The notes under the pieces: model-generated | What the model was told of the DNA's origin: nothing | Seen by the model: the letters and a program-made list of their open reading frames with translations, nothing else | Database searches by the model: none | Position numbers and translations under genes: made by a program | Part shown: one piece after another, positions 8,282 through 9,916 of the stretch | Layout: the number at the start of each line of letters is the position of its first letter | Numbering within the stretch: position 1 is the stretch's first letter | Source: Octopus sinensis | Lineage: Eukaryota | DNA: 9,916 nt | NCBI RefSeq assembly: GCF_006345805.1 | Contig: NW_021827745.1 | Location: forward strand, 1-9,916 | Direction: 5' to 3'

Positions 8282-8482
8282 CAGTGCTTTTCAACCATTT
8301 TGCTGGAGCGGAACCCCAAGGAAACATTCCACTGGCTCGAGGAACCCCTGTGCAATAATTTAATAGTCTTATGCACACATATCTGCACAGGAGAATTAAA
8401 AATTACCGCCAATTTTAGCATTTTTGTAACTTCTTGCGGAACCCCTGGACTGTACTGGCGGAACCCTGGTTGAAAACCACTG
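8282..8482. mobile_element. hAT-type MITE, copy 2 (201 bp)
   Basis: TIRs CAGTGCTTTTCAACCA / TGGTTGAAAACCACTG; 8-bp TSD GTGTACAG (8274-8281) / GTATACAG (8483-8490), 7/8 identical; same family as 5557-5742 with 15 extra internal bp. Confidence 0.92.
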
Positions 8483-8764
8483 GTATACAGAATATATATC
8501 AGAATGATACAAAATATAAAAAACAGAGACAGATGAGGGAACAAGGAGGAGAGATAGAATTCAATACATACGTATATGTACATTTTTCTTTTTTATTTGT
8601 AATCAGTAGAAAGTTACAAGAGTTACTCAGGAGCTCAGACTTTCGTGTTTGATTAGTGACATATACGAAACTCACAACCATTGAGGCATTTTCGAAAATT
8701 TTTCCTGATAAAACGGAATAAAATATGTTTATATCTGTATGTGTGCATTTTCATATGTATATAT

Positions 8765-9141
8765 AGGAGTGGCTGTGTGGTAAGAAGCTTGCTTCCCAAC
8801 CACATGGTTCCGAGTTCAGTCCTACTGCGTGGCACCTTGGACAAGTGTCTTCTGCTATTGCTTCGGGCCAACCAAAGCCTTGTTAGTGGATTTGGTAGAA
8901 GGAAACTGAAAGATGCCCGTCGTATATGTGTGTGTGTCTGTGTTTGTCCCTCACCGCCACCTTAGCTTGACAACCGATGTTGGTGTGTTTACGTTCCCGT
9001 AACTTAGCGGTTCGGCAAAGAGACCGATAGAATAAGTACCAGGCTTACAAAGAATAAGTCCTGGGGTCGATTTGTTCGACTAAAGGCAAGGCGGTGCTCC
9101 AGCATGGCTGCAGTCAAATGACTGAAACAAGTAAAAGAATA
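8765..9141 (+). mobile_element. tRNA-derived SINE family B (CORE-like), full length, best-preserved copy
   Basis: AGGAGTGGCTGTGTGG (A-box-like), GAGTTCAGTCC (B-box-like), CACCTTGGACAAGTGTCTT (resembles CORE-domain GACCTTGGGCAAGT), short (TG)n, tail GACTGAAACAAGTAAAAGAATA. Resembles octopus SINEs from memory; family name not verified. Confidence 0.9.
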
Positions 9142-9253
9142 TGCATATGTATCTCTATCTCTCTTTTTCCCACTTTCACTTTCTTTCAACATGTATATAC
9201 ATATATATATGTGCGTGTATAAGTATGTAAGTGTGCATGTAAGTATGCGTATG

Positions 9254-9304
9254 GAGGTCAACTATGCCCTTCATTCCTTCAGGATCGGCAAATAAATTAC
9301 CAGT
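9254..9304 (+). mobile_element. Decayed central fragment of SINE family A
   Basis: GAGGTCAACTATGCCCTTCATTCCTTCAGGATCGGCAAATAAATTACCAGT aligns with the reverse complement of about 375-425. Confidence 0.7.
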
Positions 9305-9333
9305 CAGATCCCGGCAAAGATTTATATATATAT

Positions 9334-9517
9334 CTTTGGCGATTTTCTTCCTTCATATTTGACATTCTATTGGACATTCCTCTGTTTCTGAAGAAGAGCG
9401 TTTGCTCGAAATGTTAAACCATCTTTCTTTCCTTCCCTGAGCGTCTGCTAATATTTTACATCTACCACGTCCCCACGTTAGTTTTGTTTTGTGTTTGTCC
9501 TTCTTTTTGGGAGTTAC
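9334..9517 (+). mobile_element. Possible Penelope-like element terminal-repeat (pLTR) fragment
   Basis: Pyrimidine-rich unit bounded by (TA)n on both sides and carrying the hammerhead-like motif. No RT or GIY-YIG sequence in the window; boundaries are approximate. Confidence 0.45.
9384..9419 (+). ncRNA. Minimal type I hammerhead-ribozyme-like motif (Penelope-associated variant)
   Basis: GTTT-CTGAAGA-A-GAGC(GTTT)GCTC-GAAA-TGT-T-AAAC: both core boxes, 4-bp stem II, 4-bp stem I (GTTT/AAAC), no intramolecular stem III. Deviations are an extra A after CUGANGA and T instead of C at 9412. Confidence 0.6.
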
Positions 9518-9735
9518 TATATGTATATATATATATATATATACTAAAAAATGTATGATAGATTGCAGTCAATTCATTCTCTCTTACCTGTTTGTGTCTG
9601 CCTTCCAAATGCTGTTTTTACTGAGATCTCCCTTTTTAGTAGAAGAAATAGCTATAACCCCTTTGACTGCTATTTCTAAATTCGGTATGTGGTAGGCAAC
9701 TCGTTGCTAAACCCCTTTTTGTTTTATTATTGAGT

Positions 9736-9870
9736 ATATAATATATATATATATATATAGATAGATAGATAGATAGTATATATATACATACACATACACA
9801 AACCCGCACACACATATTTATAGTACATGTATATGTTACATATATATAGGTGTGTGTGTGTGTGGTGTGC
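9736..9870. repeat. Compound (TA)n/(GATA)n/(CA)n/(TG)n microsatellite
   Basis: Directly visible. Confidence 0.9.
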
Positions 9871-9916
9871 GTCTCTGTGTTTGTGTTTACCACACCATCG
9901 CTTGACAGCCGGAGCT
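9870..9916 (+). mobile_element. SINE family B middle fragment, running to the window end
   Basis: TCTGTGTTTGTG...CACCATCGCTTGACAGCCGG matches TCTGTGTTTGTCC...GCTTGACAACCG at 8937-8976. Confidence 0.55.

Noticed and set aside
8752-9152. CATATGTAT on both sides of the full-length SINE as a TSD
   Set aside because: Low-complexity 9-mer that is not flush with the element ends; cannot be separated from chance.

Overview
Eukaryotic, AT-rich, repeat-dense non-coding DNA with no intact host protein-coding gene. The SINE types and (GATA)n/(TG)n/(TA)n load suggest an octopod cephalopod (inference from recalled sequence similarity). Nearly all ORFs in the supplied track are translations of microsatellites or repeats. 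Supported elements: a full-length 1284-bp mariner (2450-3733; 37-bp TIRs, TA TSD, frameshifted DD34D transposase on the minus strand); two copies of a hAT-type MITE with 8-bp TSDs (5557-5742, 8282-8482) plus an older hAT-like relic; a 331-bp non-autonomous Helitron (4548-4878, minus) whose 3' end is a perfect 19-bp-arm hairpin; two tRNA-type SINE families in about ten copies or fragments, including a TSD-flanked dimer; an 80-bp-arm foldback (7829-8011); and a minimal hammerhead-like motif of the Penelope-associated type (9384-9419). A few unique islands (notably 6050-6250) could be regulatory or structured. I cannot demonstrate a new biological system here; the best leads are the hammerhead-like unit, the unclassified foldback, the symmetric Helitron end and a hairpin module shared by both SINE families.
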